Assembly (NCBI GenBank): GCA_951406725.2 | Contig: OX597822.1 | Location: 37,324,001-37,388,000 of the forward strand | DNA length: 64,000 bases | Direction of reading: 5' to 3' | Source: Octopus vulgaris | Taxonomy: Eukaryota | Shown: positions 50,999 through 62,244 of the stretch, one piece after another | Position numbering within the stretch: position 1 is the stretch's first letter | Layout of the letters: each line of letters opens with the position of its first letter | The notes under the pieces: generated by a model | Told to the model about the DNA's origin: nothing | Seen by the model: the letters and a program-made list of their open reading frames with translations, nothing else | Database searches by the model: none | Translations under genes and position numbers: made by a program

Positions 50999-52655
50999 GA
51001 CGTTAAACGATGATGATGATGATGATGTATATATATATATATCAGACTGGAGTCTGATGCAGCCTGATGTATACAATTCCCATCTCCCCTATCTCCTGCA
51101 TGTTTATGTAAGAAACAATAGAGAAAATACTGCAATCCTCTTACTTGCCTATGCAGATTTGGAGGTGACCTTAAAACTCCAACGAAGCTAGCTATTGTCT
51201 AAGCTTGACAACAGCCATCATCATCGTTTAACGTCCGCTTTCCATGCTGGCATGAGTTGGACGGTTTGACTGAGGACTGGCAAGCCAGTAGGCTGCAGCA
51301 GGCTCCAATCCAATCCAATTTGGCAAGGTTTCTACAGCTGGATGCCCTTCCCAATGCCAACCACTCCGAGAGTGTAGTGGATGCTTTTTACGTGCCACCA
51401 GCATGGAACCAGTCAGCGGGCAATGGTATCGAATGTGTTCGGATGGTACTTGTTACGTGCCACTGGCATGGGAGCCACTGGCATCGCCACTTTGGATGGT
51501 GCTTTTCGTGTGACTCCAGCAGAGTAGTTTCTTTTTATTAACATTTAAAGAATGAAGAGTTAAGCTGTCTTTCGTATGATTTGAACCCTAAAGAAAATAT
51601 CTAAGCCAGGACAGTGTCTTGTTCAATAAATTCTAGTTCAGTAATGCTGCTGTTACTAAAGACATTGCTTTAAAACAGGAAGATGGTTCAGATCCACTTA
51701 ACATATGCAAATTTAAATAAAAGGAAGAGAATCACTGTATGGTTTACTGTGTAGCATTCATACAGGATTTGTTGTACAAGGTGCAGTATGGCTATCAGAA
51801 ATGACATGTTGTAGGGTTGTAACATGGCTACCAGACAAGATAGATTGTAGAGAATGCAGTATGGCTCTAAGACAGAGTATATTGTTATTTACCCCAGGTC
51901 AATCCTGATCAAATGTATTTTAACTATGATTAACCAATTTATTTAGGAGTATCTAGGACTACATTATTCAATGTTTTCTTTCCTTTCCCAAACCAACAGG
52001 TTGCGACTAGGAAAATGTGACTGCAATTTCTAGCAGGTTAAGTAACCTTGTAAAGGCTTTCTCACTAACTTCTGATAGGGTGCAGTATGAGGATATATTA
52101 TATAATGTACAACATGGCTGTCAGACAGGCTATGTTGTATGGAGTGGCTCATGTGTCAGGCAGAGCAAGCTGCATGTAAAATTTTTAATCCAGTTGCCTC
52201 TCAGTCTTACCTATTTACTACAGCCAAAAAGCAGTATACAAACTTTGAAAATTACTTTCTTAGAAATATGACTGTGACTGCAAAAGGTATCTTGATTACT
52301 GGCACTCTGTCGGTTACAATGAAATGTGTCCCAGTTGATCTGATCAACACAATAGCCTGCCCTTAACATAGTTCTAAGAGAGATCAGTGTGGCACAGAAT
52401 GCGACAAGGCTGGTCCTTTGAATTGCCAGCTGAGTGAATTGGAGCAATGTGAAATAAAGTGTCTTGCTCAAGGACACAATGCGCCACTGAGAATCAAACT
52501 CATGACCTTATGACCATGAGCCAAATACCCTAACCATTAAGCTACATGCTTCCACTAGATATCTTGATAGAATATAACAGCTCACCTAATTGTTTAGTTC
52601 CACTTGGGACACATGAATGAGAGTGATTGTCCTTCACAATTTTGTTCCTTTTCAT
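29740..52655 (-). CDS. DBF4: DBF4/ASK/Chiffon-family CDC7 kinase activator, 11 coding exons, about 1449 aa
   Basis: Exons 52655-52586, 48822-48683, 46715-46542, 44964-44917, 43487-43430, 41687-41602, 39982-39952, 39415-39130, 38239-38101, 34850-34705, 32911-29740. All GT-AG and phase-consistent, total 4350 nt. Motif N (PLDGKRIYLDL...FGA/IIEKFLSKEIHYFVT; TRGRAML; ARKLGVKI), motif M (LKKPYIKFEAINKHYRP), motif C zinc finger (GFCECCDVRFDDVKKHLNSTEH). Confidence 0.92.
33677..34107 (+). mobile_element. Tandem dimer of a tRNA-derived SINE (Meta-domain-like core)
   Basis: Two GGTGAGCTGGCAGAA...GAGTTCAAAT...CTTTGCCTTTCATCCTTT units within a duplicated ATATTTCATAATAC; other family copies near 5560, 36180, 36380, 45960, 46190, 53400, 61170. 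Confidence 0.8.
34705..34850 (-). CDS. DBF4: DBF4 exon, motif C zinc finger part 2
   Basis: HLNSTEHCAFRKNEANYKQLDKLI completes the C-x2-C-x9-H-x5-H finger. Confidence 0.92.
34920..35157. mobile_element. Tc1-like MITE
   Basis: TA|CAGTTGTGGCCAGAAGTTTGG...CCAAACTTTTGGCCACGATTG|TA. Confidence 0.75.
36893..37315 (-). mobile_element. Well-preserved tRNA SINE with duplicated 3' half
   Basis: CpG-rich head GGCGAGCTGGCAGAAACGTTAGCACGCCGGGCG on -; 3' segment of about 185 bp repeated twice. Confidence 0.8.
38101..38239 (-). CDS. DBF4: DBF4 exon, motif C zinc finger part 1
   Basis: RQGFCECCDVRFDDVKK. Confidence 0.92.
38780..39002. mobile_element. Tc1/pogo-type MITE
   Basis: TA|CAGTAACCCCTTG...CGAGGGATTACTG|TA. 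Confidence 0.75.
39130..39415 (-). CDS. DBF4: DBF4 exon, motif M
   Basis: LKKPYIKFEAINKHYRPVVMEFTSWPHINL...GSCPF; ends in poly-Asn/poly-Thr tract. Confidence 0.9.
39952..39982 (-). CDS. DBF4: DBF4 31-nt microexon (DNQKRKKTAK)
   Basis: Poly-T cag acceptor, gtaagt donor; needed to bridge phase 0 to phase 1. Confidence 0.8.
40978..41270 (+). mobile_element. tRNA-derived SINE (second family)
   Basis: GGAGGCACATAGTCTGGTGGTTAGAGC...GGTTCAAATCTC head; related heads near 20745, 60418 (+) and 23800, 42400, 52540, 54890 (-). Confidence 0.7.
41602..41687 (-). CDS. DBF4: DBF4 exon (LMKWISKEK...AKTV)
   Basis: ccctag acceptor, gtaaat donor, phase-consistent open frame. Confidence 0.8.
43430..43487 (-). 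CDS. DBF4: DBF4 exon (PENIVDKARKLGVKIVPYT)
   Basis: Matches DBF4 A..WGVKI segment; ttttag acceptor, gtaaag donor. Confidence 0.85.
43640..44010 (-). mobile_element. Decayed RTE LINE 3' fragment
   Basis: Relic ERSQLWFYRHVIRM...GRRPRGRP on -. Confidence 0.6.
44917..44964 (-). CDS. DBF4: DBF4 exon (VTRGRAMLQCVKIDSV)
   Basis: Matches the DBF4 SRGKLL helix; 48 nt, phase 0/0. Confidence 0.85.
46542..46715 (-). CDS. DBF4: DBF4 exon, motif N part 2
   Basis: IIEKFLSKEIHYFVTDQ; tttcag acceptor, gtatgt donor. Confidence 0.9.
47468..48037. mobile_element. tRNA-hammerhead retroelement, copy C (two inverted arms)
   Basis: TSD AAATGAATATGTT (47455-47467, 48038-48050); left arm on - with hammerhead 47516-47562 and tRNA head 47636-47707 (A box TGGCGTAGTGG, B-like GTTTGATTCC); right arm on + with degenerate hammerhead near 47912-47958 and tail. 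Confidence 0.82.
48683..48822 (-). CDS. DBF4: DBF4 exon, motif N (BRCT-like) part 1
   Basis: KLPLDGKRIYLDLRG...SKFGA; tandem acceptors at 48822 and 48816; gtaagt donor. Confidence 0.9.
49100..49560. mobile_element. RTE LINE reverse-transcriptase fragment(s)
   Basis: SESIVAKIRFGWNKFRELLPLLVTKGFSLRVKGRMYDA on +, followed by an apparently inverted decayed segment. Confidence 0.6.
50566..50876 (-). mobile_element. CR1-like LINE 3' fragment inserted into a SINE
   Basis: RKQHSSHDFRKHFYTLRVAEAWN on -; SINE head at about 50480-50560 resumes at 50877; second copy at about 52800-53100. Confidence 0.65.
51740..52150. repeat. Degenerate minisatellite (about 33 bp) interrupted by an insertion
   Basis: Recurring TGCAGTATGGCT/TAACATGGCT...AGACA...TTGTA units on both sides of about 51890-52070. 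Confidence 0.5.
52586..52655 (-). CDS. DBF4: DBF4 putative first coding exon (MKRNKIVKDNHSHSCVPSGTKQL); exon extends to 52719 as 5' UTR
   Basis: Polypyrimidine-ttgtag acceptor, G|gtgagc donor, phase matches next exon; no homology support for the peptide itself. Confidence 0.7.
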
Positions 52656-54162
52656 TATTGTTTGCTGTGTCTTGTTTTTCAGAAGTGGTCCACACCAACT
52701 TGGTGATTTCAACAGCAAGCTACAATAAAAAAAAAAAGTTAAGATATTATAAATATTCTCAAGTAGTAGAAAAATCTTGAAAATGTATTAAATAATATAA
52801 TAATAATAATGAAATTACTGTGCATAGTGTTCAGGTGCACTACAACTCATCAAAGGTGCATGAACAATACACAGAATTACATACAAAAGCCAGGAAAGTG
52901 AACATTGTATGATTCATGATATACACATGTGCATACATACGGACTGGGGGTGGGGGGTATCAGAAGTAGTGTTGGCAAATTTCAGGAAGCATGGAGGTTT
53001 TAAAGAATGCAATGTATCGGCAACTAATAACTGATGAAAGTAGTTTGTTCCATGCTTCAGCAACTGTGAGTGTGGAAAAAAGTTTCCAAAAGCCATGGTA
53101 AGCTGAGTTGCTCACTCATGTCCCGTATAAGTCTTATCAATCTATCCTTCCTGATTTGACAATGATCACTCATCTGACAAACCTGTAGATATAGATCACT
53201 AAAACATACAAAAACTAGATAAAAAGACTATGTACATATAAAATGAAATTTAACATTGTAACAAATACACACATAAATTAAATTTTAGGAATCATATGGA
53301 TAGGGCCTGATGGTGCAGAACATTACTTAAAAAGACGGTATTTATAAAAACGTTAACCTAATACAAATAAAGAAACACTAATAAAACAGTCACACATAAT
53401 ATTGGTTTCAAATTTTGGCACAAGGCCAGCAATTTTGGGGGTATTTATTTTATCAGACCTGAAAGGATGAAAAGCAAGATCGACCTCAGAGCATAAGGTC
53501 AGAAGAAATGCCGCTAAGCATTTTGTCCAGCGTAGTAACGATTCAGCCAGCTCTCCACCTTCCAATCTTGGCATAATTTGAACTCAGAACATAAAGACTG
53601 ACAAAATGCCACTAAATATTTTGTCCACAATATCAACAAATGTGTACATATATATATGTGGCCTCCCCACTTCCCATATCTCGTCACCCCCACCACCACC
53701 ACCACTACAGAACCTCCACCTACACTCCTAGTTTCTGTTCCCACTAACTTCTGCTCACCTTGTACTTTGAGGCACTACCTGGACACCATATCGCTCACCC
53801 CTATTTATCTCTTCACAGAACTAGATACATTTTCATTCTCTCCTGTAAACGAGTAGATATGTAGCTCTTCTATAAGAACCAGCTCTACCCCCACTCCCTT
53901 CTCTCATACCTCAATCCCCAGCATAAAGCTGCACCACCCACACCAGCTGTAATAGTCTTGTGAGCTGCAGAGCAATTTTACTAGAAAAGCACTCAATACA
54001 CACTATAAACTGGTTGGAGCCAGGAAGGGCATTCAACTGTAAAAACCATACCAAAAGCAGACACTGGAGTATGACGTAGTGTTTGGAGCCATCAGATCCT
54101 GTCAAACCATCCAATTAATGCCAGGTTGATGATGAATTTTTGTATGAAATTGATAAATTATT

Positions 54163-55930
54163 CTGAGCTGCAATTATAGTAGGAAACCCATGCCTTTAGT
54201 CAAAGCTGGGACCATGCAATTATAAACAACCACCAACAATGCCTGCGCCTGTATATTTCAAGTCACAACATTTTAAAATAAGTTATGTGGGTTTATATGA
54301 ACGTTACCGACATAATATTTCTTCTTGTGAGCCGGCAAGGGAGCCTCTACTTGGTCACTCATTCTACTAGAAATTACAGCCAAATCTCTTTTAAATCGTT
54401 CCCTAGTGTTTTGAAAATGTAAGGATACTGAATAATGTCCTGGTTATACAAGATATATGATCACGGTCGGAATGCCTTTTTAATTATAGGTCTGCTTGAT
54501 CGGGGCTGGTCTAAGGTTAAATAAACACTAACCAATTATAGTACTATTATTTGTATTTACATGTCTATGAGGGTTACTAAGTGGTTACTTAACTTACTAG
54601 GTATAGTGACCAAATAACACTATCATCTTAAAAACGGGCCACCAGTTTTGTATACATAAATATGGTTAGTCTACATTACTCTGTAAGGAGCCTGGGATCA
54701 GTTTCCTGCGTTCTCTGGCGTATATATTCTTCCCTGGACAGGATGCTGGTCTGTTTGCAAGATTACTCATTTTTGTCAGCTGAGTGGACTGTGAAATGTT
54801 TTGTTTTATTCAAGAACACAACACATCGCCCAATCCAGGAATTGAAACCACCATCTTACAATCTTGAGTATAAAACTCTAACCACTAAGCCATGTGCCTC
54901 CACATACATAAATAGTGTATATCATTATGGTTTTCATGCCATTCCTAATAACAGTGTTATTATGAAGATTGTAGGAAAACGAAAGTGGAGGGAAAAGGTC
55001 TTTTTTTTTAAGGAGTTAATCAAAGCCTCTGTAAAAGGTAGGAGGTAGTTATCCTCACATCAGACATGACCCAAAATTAATGAAACAGAGAGGACCCTGA
55101 TAAAGGTCTTCAAAGGCCATATGGTAGTGGTACTAAACAAGATAATGGATTAAATCTAACACACAACAATTGGTTTCCGTAATACCAAGCTATTGAATAA
55201 GACCCTAGTATCAGACAGTTGCAATTGAACTTTGAACCATTGAGTTGAAAATCCAAGTTTTTAATAACACAGCAACCTGCTGGGACGGTCACGCTATTAC
55301 ATATTATATCAGGAACAAAATAAAGTTTAGTCCCAGCTCAGTCCTGATTGAGCAAATTAGTACCAGGTTAAGCCAGATCCAGGAAAACCTATAATAGATG
55401 TTTCTGGTAACCATTATATCTTCTATTCCGACATATTGTAACTAAAACTACATATATCTAATGCATTCATTTTTAAGATGATAGTGTTATTAGGTCACTA
55501 TGTCTATTAACCACTTAGTAACCCTCATAGACACATAAATACAAATAATAGTACTATATTTGGTTATTATTCGTTTAACCCTAGACCAGTCCCGATCAAG
55601 CAGATCTATAATTAAAAAAAGCATTCCAACCGTGACCATCTATCATGTATAACCAGGACATTATTCAGTACCCATATATTTTCAAAACACAAGGGAACGA
55701 TTTAAAAGAGATTTGGCTGTAATTTCTAGTAGAATGAGTGACCAAGTAGAGGCTCCCTTGCTGGCTCACAAGATGAAATATATGTCGGTAACTTTCGTAT
55801 AACTACACACAGCTTATTTTAAAATGTCGTGACTTGAAATATAATACAGGCGCAGGCATTGTTGGTGGTTGTTTGCAATTGCATGGTTCCAGCTTTGACT
55901 AAAGGCAAGGGTCTCCTACTACAATCTCAG
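54163..55930. repeat. Long inverted duplication (arms about 54163-54634 and 55470-55930)
   Basis: Arms align as reverse complements over about 460 bp, e.g. GGGAGCCTCTACTTGGTCACTCATTCTACTAGAAATTACAGCCAAATCTC. Confidence 0.92.
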
Positions 55931-56125
55931 GTTGTCCAATGTCTTTTTAGTACTCGAGCGAGTGTTCTACAGCTTATTTATGTAAAAAGATAGCTCAGCC
56001 ATTCGACAGAGAACGATAAGTACCAGGCTGAAAGAAGTACTGGGGCCGATATGACAGACTAAAATTACCTCAAGTTGCGGTGATTCCAGTATGACTGGGT
56101 CGAATAATCGAAATCAGAAAACCAG

Positions 56126-56165
<40 letters not shown>

Positions 56166-56700
56166 AGGGATTGTAGCTAAACACACATATATAAACGGTA
56201 GAAAAACACTCAATACATATATCAGAGTTTAATTATTCTTAGTTAATGATGGATCCACTCCCCCGATATTGAGTTTTTCACATGCGTACATTTCGTTCAG
56301 GCGCCTGTTGGATAGTTTATTGTATTCATTCAAGGTTTTTGTAAGAGACCATTACAGTTTGTTTGGAATAGTAAATTAGTTAAGGGTCATTTAACGTTTC
56401 TTAGTGGGTGGTTATATTACTGGGTTAGGATCCGTACGAATGTTTTGAATAAACATCTATAATTTACAAGCATAGAATTGTAACAGATATCAATTAAAAT
56501 GAAAGCATGTCAGTGAAATTATATATTTTCTATTATAAATATTAACTGGCAAAAATCCAAAATCTGAAAGAGACAATAACATTAAACAGACGACTGCAAA
56601 CGACTGAGATTTTCAAAGTGTTAACTGGAATTAATCGTTAAATGAATAGAATAACTTAATAGAAATTGAAGGAGAAATCAAAAATCACCAACCAAAGTAC

Positions 56701-56914
56701 CGAATTCCAGGAGTACCATAAGAGATCGGCTGAAGAAAGTTTGCTTCAATAAGAGGAAATGCCGCAGATCAGATTCAAATTCTGGGCATTTCAAACAATC
56801 CATCCATTTTTACCGCCAAAGTGTTCCGGGCTGAATAGAAAGCTACTTCCTGATTGGATGAAATTGCTAACTGTTGATGTTGATGCGACAGAAATTTTAC
56901 TTAACGACGCCAAT
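56701..56914 (-). promoter_or_regulatory. Putative DBF4 promoter and non-coding first exon with E2F, CHR-like and CCAAT motifs
   Basis: TTTGGCGG on - at 56813-56820; TTTGAA on - at 56774-56779 and 56790-56795; CCAAT at 56853-56857 (-) and 56910-56914 (+); locally CpG-enriched; candidate donor g|gtactt near 56700. Confidence 0.55.
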
Positions 56915-57461
56915 CGCAAGAAAACTTTGTTTAATTTAATACATAAAATTTGTTTTATTTGTTTATTTATTTATAAATGAATTTAACTCATTATGTTCAA
57001 CTGTACGAACATTTATATAATTTATTTTTAAACAACAACAATTAGCCATTGAATGTCCCCGAAAATAGTAACATAGTATTCTAATAAGTTTCATAGGTGC
57101 AAAGGTGCTGAGAGTATAATAATCTTCTACTGGATTTGAACTCTGAACGTAAAGAGACGTTATTAAATCCAGCAAAGTTATTTTGTCCGTCGCTCTACTG
57201 ATTTTGCCAATAGACTACCAAACAGCGACCGGTTGTAGTATTACCACTCAAGTTATCTGTAGAGGTATACGTGTAGAATAGCGTCCACCTAAATGAAACA
57301 AAAAGTGATAATGTTGCAGATAAATCTTCCAGTTAAAGTGAAAGCAAATTTTTTATCCAGTATGACGAATACAAGCGTTGGGAATTCAAATCCTTCGACA
57401 ATAGTGAAAACTTTTGGTGTTTAAAAAGTTGAATGGTGAGGCAGGGAGGAAACATTAGTAA

Positions 57462-58144
57462 CCGGGGCAAAATGAGTAACTTCTGTTTTCTCGTTATTTT
57501 CTCCCTACCTGCACGTGATTGTTACATTATAGCATTATTTTGTACTGTTCCATCATCTTCGGGAGTAAAAACTGGTCAGCATAGTTGTTGAAGTTGAGAA
57601 AGCGCGAAACATAGTCAAGTGGCAGGTCTACTTTTTCTCAAGAAATTTTTCCTCAACTTTGAATTGATTGTAATTAAGGTTGCTAATAAAACATCAGGAT
57701 TTTTGTTGCTTATCAACCAATATTCTTTTCAAGTCAATTTTCCCCCACACTAATATCTAATTTGATAATTTTCATGTTTCAAAAAATGATGTCTAAAATG
57801 GGTTAAATGATGTCTAAAATAAGTTATGTCTAATTTCAATTTCTTCTCTTTAACTGCATGGCAAGTAAATATATCACTAAGAGGACACTCCAGCAGATCG
57901 TGATGAAGCCATAAATAACATTTCATGTTGAGTTTTTTTTCTTCTATTTAATCGAGTTTTGTTAATTTCATATCACAAGCCATTTTCCCCGATCCTCTTT
58001 GATTTGACCAAGACATTTAAAATTTAATTTTGGCATTTCTGATCTTTCTTATGTCAAGGGATAGATGTTGATGTGTATGAGTCTGTTTTCTGAAAAATTG
58101 AGGTGGCAAATCTATCTTATCTTGCCTTACTCATTTTGCCCCGG
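57462..58144. mobile_element. Non-autonomous DNA transposon remnant
   Basis: Perfect 18-bp inverted repeat CCGGGGCAAAATGAGTAA / TTACTCATTTTGCCCCGG. Confidence 0.55.
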
Positions 58145-58518
58145 CCAAATTTGTCTTTTATATGCTCAAAGAGAACGGCAGTAATTTTCTGAAATAGCGA
58201 TCAAATTATGTTATAATGCTTTTAATGCATTTAGGGAAGGTCATTTCCTTAGCTGATATAGTTTTTGTAAGGAAGTGAATATTTGTAAGAAATATATTTT
58301 GTCTTAAAGTCAAAAAGGCTGTAAAAACTCTCAATGTGCCCCTCCCCCCTCCCCCAACGTTATGCTGGGCAAAAGATAACATATCCTTATCTATCTAACC
58401 GTCAACAGTTGATTTTGATTTACCTGCTGCTAATAACCAAAAACAGACGACACCTGTGAAGATGAAATAGATCCTTCAGCAGAGACCTACTACAATAATC
58501 ACATTGGTGTGGTCAAAA

Positions 58519-59430
58519 ATGAACAGAGGATTGTCTTTGAAACAGTCAAAACAAAAAAAAAAAATGATAACAACGAAAGGGATTTGCTATTCATCGATGC
58601 TCCAGGTGTAACAGGCAAGACTTTCCTGTTAAACTTACTGCTGTCTTATGTTTTGCAAAAACAGTGAAATTGTTCTTGCTACAGCTTTCTCTGGTATCAT
58701 GGTGACACTGCTGAAGCTCAGCTGCATTTCTCATTCCCACTTTTAGTTCCCCATTCCTGTAACATTGGCTTCAACGTGACATGTCTCACTTAATGATGCA
58801 GCCTTTTATATGATGTGCAATTGTTGGTGTGGGGTGACGCCCCAATGTACCACCGACATACTTCTTGAAACTTTAAAGGAAGTCATGAATAATGAGCAAC
58901 TCCTTGGAGGAAAATTATTAGTCCTTAGTGGAGATTTCCGACAAATTCTTCCAGTAGTTTGCAAAGCCACTTGACATTCACTAATTAATGCATGCATAGA
59001 AAAATCTTTGCTTTGGAGTCATTGCAAAGTTTTGCATCTACATACAAATTTGAGAGTCCAAAATTCTCTGAATAACTATAATATTAATAGATATAATCGG
59101 CTAAACCTGCATGCAAATTGATGGTTGAAATTGGGTGAAGGAAGGATTCCAAACATTGTTGAATTTGATAAATAAAGATATCATTGTAATTCTTCCTACC
59201 TTGATAGTAAACTCCAAAGAAGAGTGAAGTGAATTTGTTAGTCAATTTACCAACAAACTACAGAAATGTGATTATATTAAGAAGTATAGATTCAGTGGCA
59301 GAAGGAAATAAATCTTTTTCTCTATCCTTTAAAATTTTTGAATTTACTAAAGACATGTAGCCTTCCTCCTCACACCATCAAGATCAAGATTGGAGCTCCA
59401 GTAATGTCATTACAAAACATAGATCACAAG
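58519..59430 (+). pseudogene. Decayed Helitron RepHel PIF1-like helicase
   Basis: Frameshifted motifs EQRIVFETV, FIDAPGVTGKTFLLN (Walker A), LATAFSGI, GGKLLVLSGDFRQILPVV, SLLWSHCKVLHLHTNLRV, LPPHTIKIKIGAPVMSLQNID. Confidence 0.88.
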
Positions 59431-59537
59431 ACCACTACATGGTGCTCAATGGCAAAGTGTGAGTTTGTTGGATTACTTTCTATCATACTTAGAACAATGC
59501 CACTGGTTCCAGAATTCAACAAGTTTATCTTGTTATA

Positions 59538-59687
59538 CAGTGGCATAGCTAGAGTGTGTGTTGGACAGAACAGTCCTTGAGTTTGTCACCCCCCACACTA
59601 GACCCAAATCCATACCAGCATGGACAGCAAACCCAAAAATGCTGCCATGGGGCAGACCAACCCTTTGCTCTGCCAGCTATGCCAATG
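59538..59687. mobile_element. Small MITE
   Basis: CAGTGGCATAGCT...AGCTATGCCAATG inverted ends. Confidence 0.5.
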
Positions 59688-62244
59688 TTGATCTAGCCAA
59701 AGCAGTATTCAGTTGAGATGACGATTTGTAACAAATAACTTCCTAGATTCTAAGCCAGTATTTGAAACTGAATCTACATTTTTCTACCAAAGAGTCCGCA
59801 ATGTAAGAGAAGAATTCAGTGAAGAGATTCACTATAGGCTGATGTAAGAAAGATGAATGATTGAGTATCCAAAGTTCACTTTTGGAACTATGGTGTCATT
59901 TTACTGAATAGTATTGGCTGAAGTTCAGACTGAAGAAAAACAATGTAAAATCATTTAACATTTGCTAATATGCTGGGTTATGTATCAGAAATATATTGTG
60001 GTGTATAGATCTCTAGTAATGATATTCCTACAATGGCATATTGGAAATGAGATAATTCAAAGAACAGAGCAGAGGGAACAATGTGATCACAGAATACTGA
60101 AAGCACAAATTCCACTGGGTCAGACATGTTGCAAGGTTCACAGAAAACAGGTGGACTCATGCAGTTGCTGAGAGTTATCCCCAGAGATGAGAAAAGACTT
60201 CCATGATGGTGAGAAGACAATTTAGTTAAGATGGAAAAGAATGGTGCAATCAAGGCAGAATTGGAAGCACAGAATTGACCAGTGGTGTATAACAGCATCT
60301 GATGGTCTGATCAATACTGTGATGTATTTCTAGTGTAAATGGATGTTTGCAACAATTAAATGATTTTCTGGTATTTTTCTTCAATCAGAACTTCAGTAAA
60401 ATAGTATAACAGTTACAGTGGAGGCATGTGGCTTAGTGGTTAGGGTGTTGGACTCATGATCGTAAGATTATGGTTTCGATGTCTGGACCAGGCGATGCAG
60501 TGTGTTCTTGAGCAAAACACTTCATTTCATGTTACTCCAGTTCACTCAGCTGGAAAAAAAACAAGTAATTTTGCGATAGACTGGTGTCCAGTCCTGGTGA
60601 GGAATATGCCATGAAACTGGGAAAGTGGCTCTTATAAGACTTGAGAAGGTAACTAACTCTATCTATAATGGTTACAAAATTGGACTTTGAATACTCAAAT
60701 TCAGTTCTCCCTCCTTTTGTTTCAGCATTGATGGAAGAAGCACCTATCGGGCAGCTTTTAACGTAGCTCCTATGGAGAGCTCTTCATTGGGCCTTGGACC
60801 CAACAATGACACTTTATGCATTGAGTACTTATTAAATTTTATTAAACTTGACCAATATTTTTTAAGCAATGAACAATTTCCAGCAAAACAATGATATAAT
60901 TTGTCGACTTGGAACTTATTGCAAAGCTGCATAATAAATAACATTTTTTGTCTTCCCATTCAGGGGTCAGTACAATTTTTTTTATGTCTAACCTCTTTCT
61001 TTCCGTCTCTCTCTTTCTGTTTATTGTTTTCAACCATCACCAGTGCTACCACCATCGCCACCACAACTGCCACACACAAACAATTCAGACTTCCAATGCC
61101 ACCACCATCAATACCTTTGACTTTGCTGTCTTCCCCTCCACCACATCACTGTTTTTCAAATCACTTACTATTCTTTTCTACTCTAGGCACAAGGCCTGAA
61201 ATTTTTTGGGAGGGGGCCAGTTGATTAGATCAACTCCAGTACACAACTGGTACTTAATTTATCAAGGATGAAAGGTAAAGTTGACCTTGGTGGAATTTGA
61301 GAACATAAAGACAGATGAACTACCACTAAGCATTTTGCTTGGTGTGCTGTTTCTGCCAGCTTGCCATCTTACATCACTTACTATCACCATCATCCCTGAC
61401 TACCCTGGCTGCCTTAGCTACCACCACCACCATAAAGATAGATTGATGGAGATAGCTAGCTAGATAGATAGACAGATAGATATACAGACAGTTAGATAGG
61501 TAGACAGAGGGAGGGGAGGGATTTCTTTTCAATTTGGAATGTTTTTTGCCATTTATTTATTTAGTTAGTTTTTTTTACCATTGTATAGCTACTGGCATGA
61601 GACATGAGGATGGAGACCTCTTTTAGGATGGGGAAAATTATGAAAAATGGATGGGGTGCAGTCATCACTAAGAGGATAGCATTCAGTATGTTGGCAACAG
61701 GAATTTCTGTCAAAGAGACATGGTTTAACAAAGTTGTATATCATCTCCCTCTTTCTCTCTCTTTTATTGTTACTCCCACTTCCACCATCAACACTACTAC
61801 TTTTAATAAAACATTATCAATACTCCTTAAATTTTTTTGTCTCTCTCTTTCTCTCCCTCTCTTTTTCTTTTTCTTTCTCTCTCTCTCTCTCTGTCTTCAC
61901 CACCACCCTCACTGTCTCTATGCCCACTATTACACTCACCCCATCATGAGGAATAGTAAGAGTGTCATTGAATAGTGAGACAGGGGGGGGGTCTAAGTGT
62001 GACACACTGACACAAGAAGATTAGTTTTCACATTTATCATATTAGATATATACGATGGGCTTCTTTCAGTTTCTGTCTACCAAATCCACTCACAAGGCTT
62101 TGGTCAGCCCGAGGCTATAGCAGAAGACTCTTTCCCAAAGGGCCATGCAGTGGGACTGAACCCAGAACTATGTGGTTGATAAGCAAGCTACTTACCACAC
62201 AGCCACTCGTGCACCTATATATATACATATATATGAAACTATAA

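Noticed and set aside
58519-59430. Functional cellular PIF1 helicase gene
   Set aside because: Multiple stops and frameshifts, no splice structure, and Helitron-type motifs.
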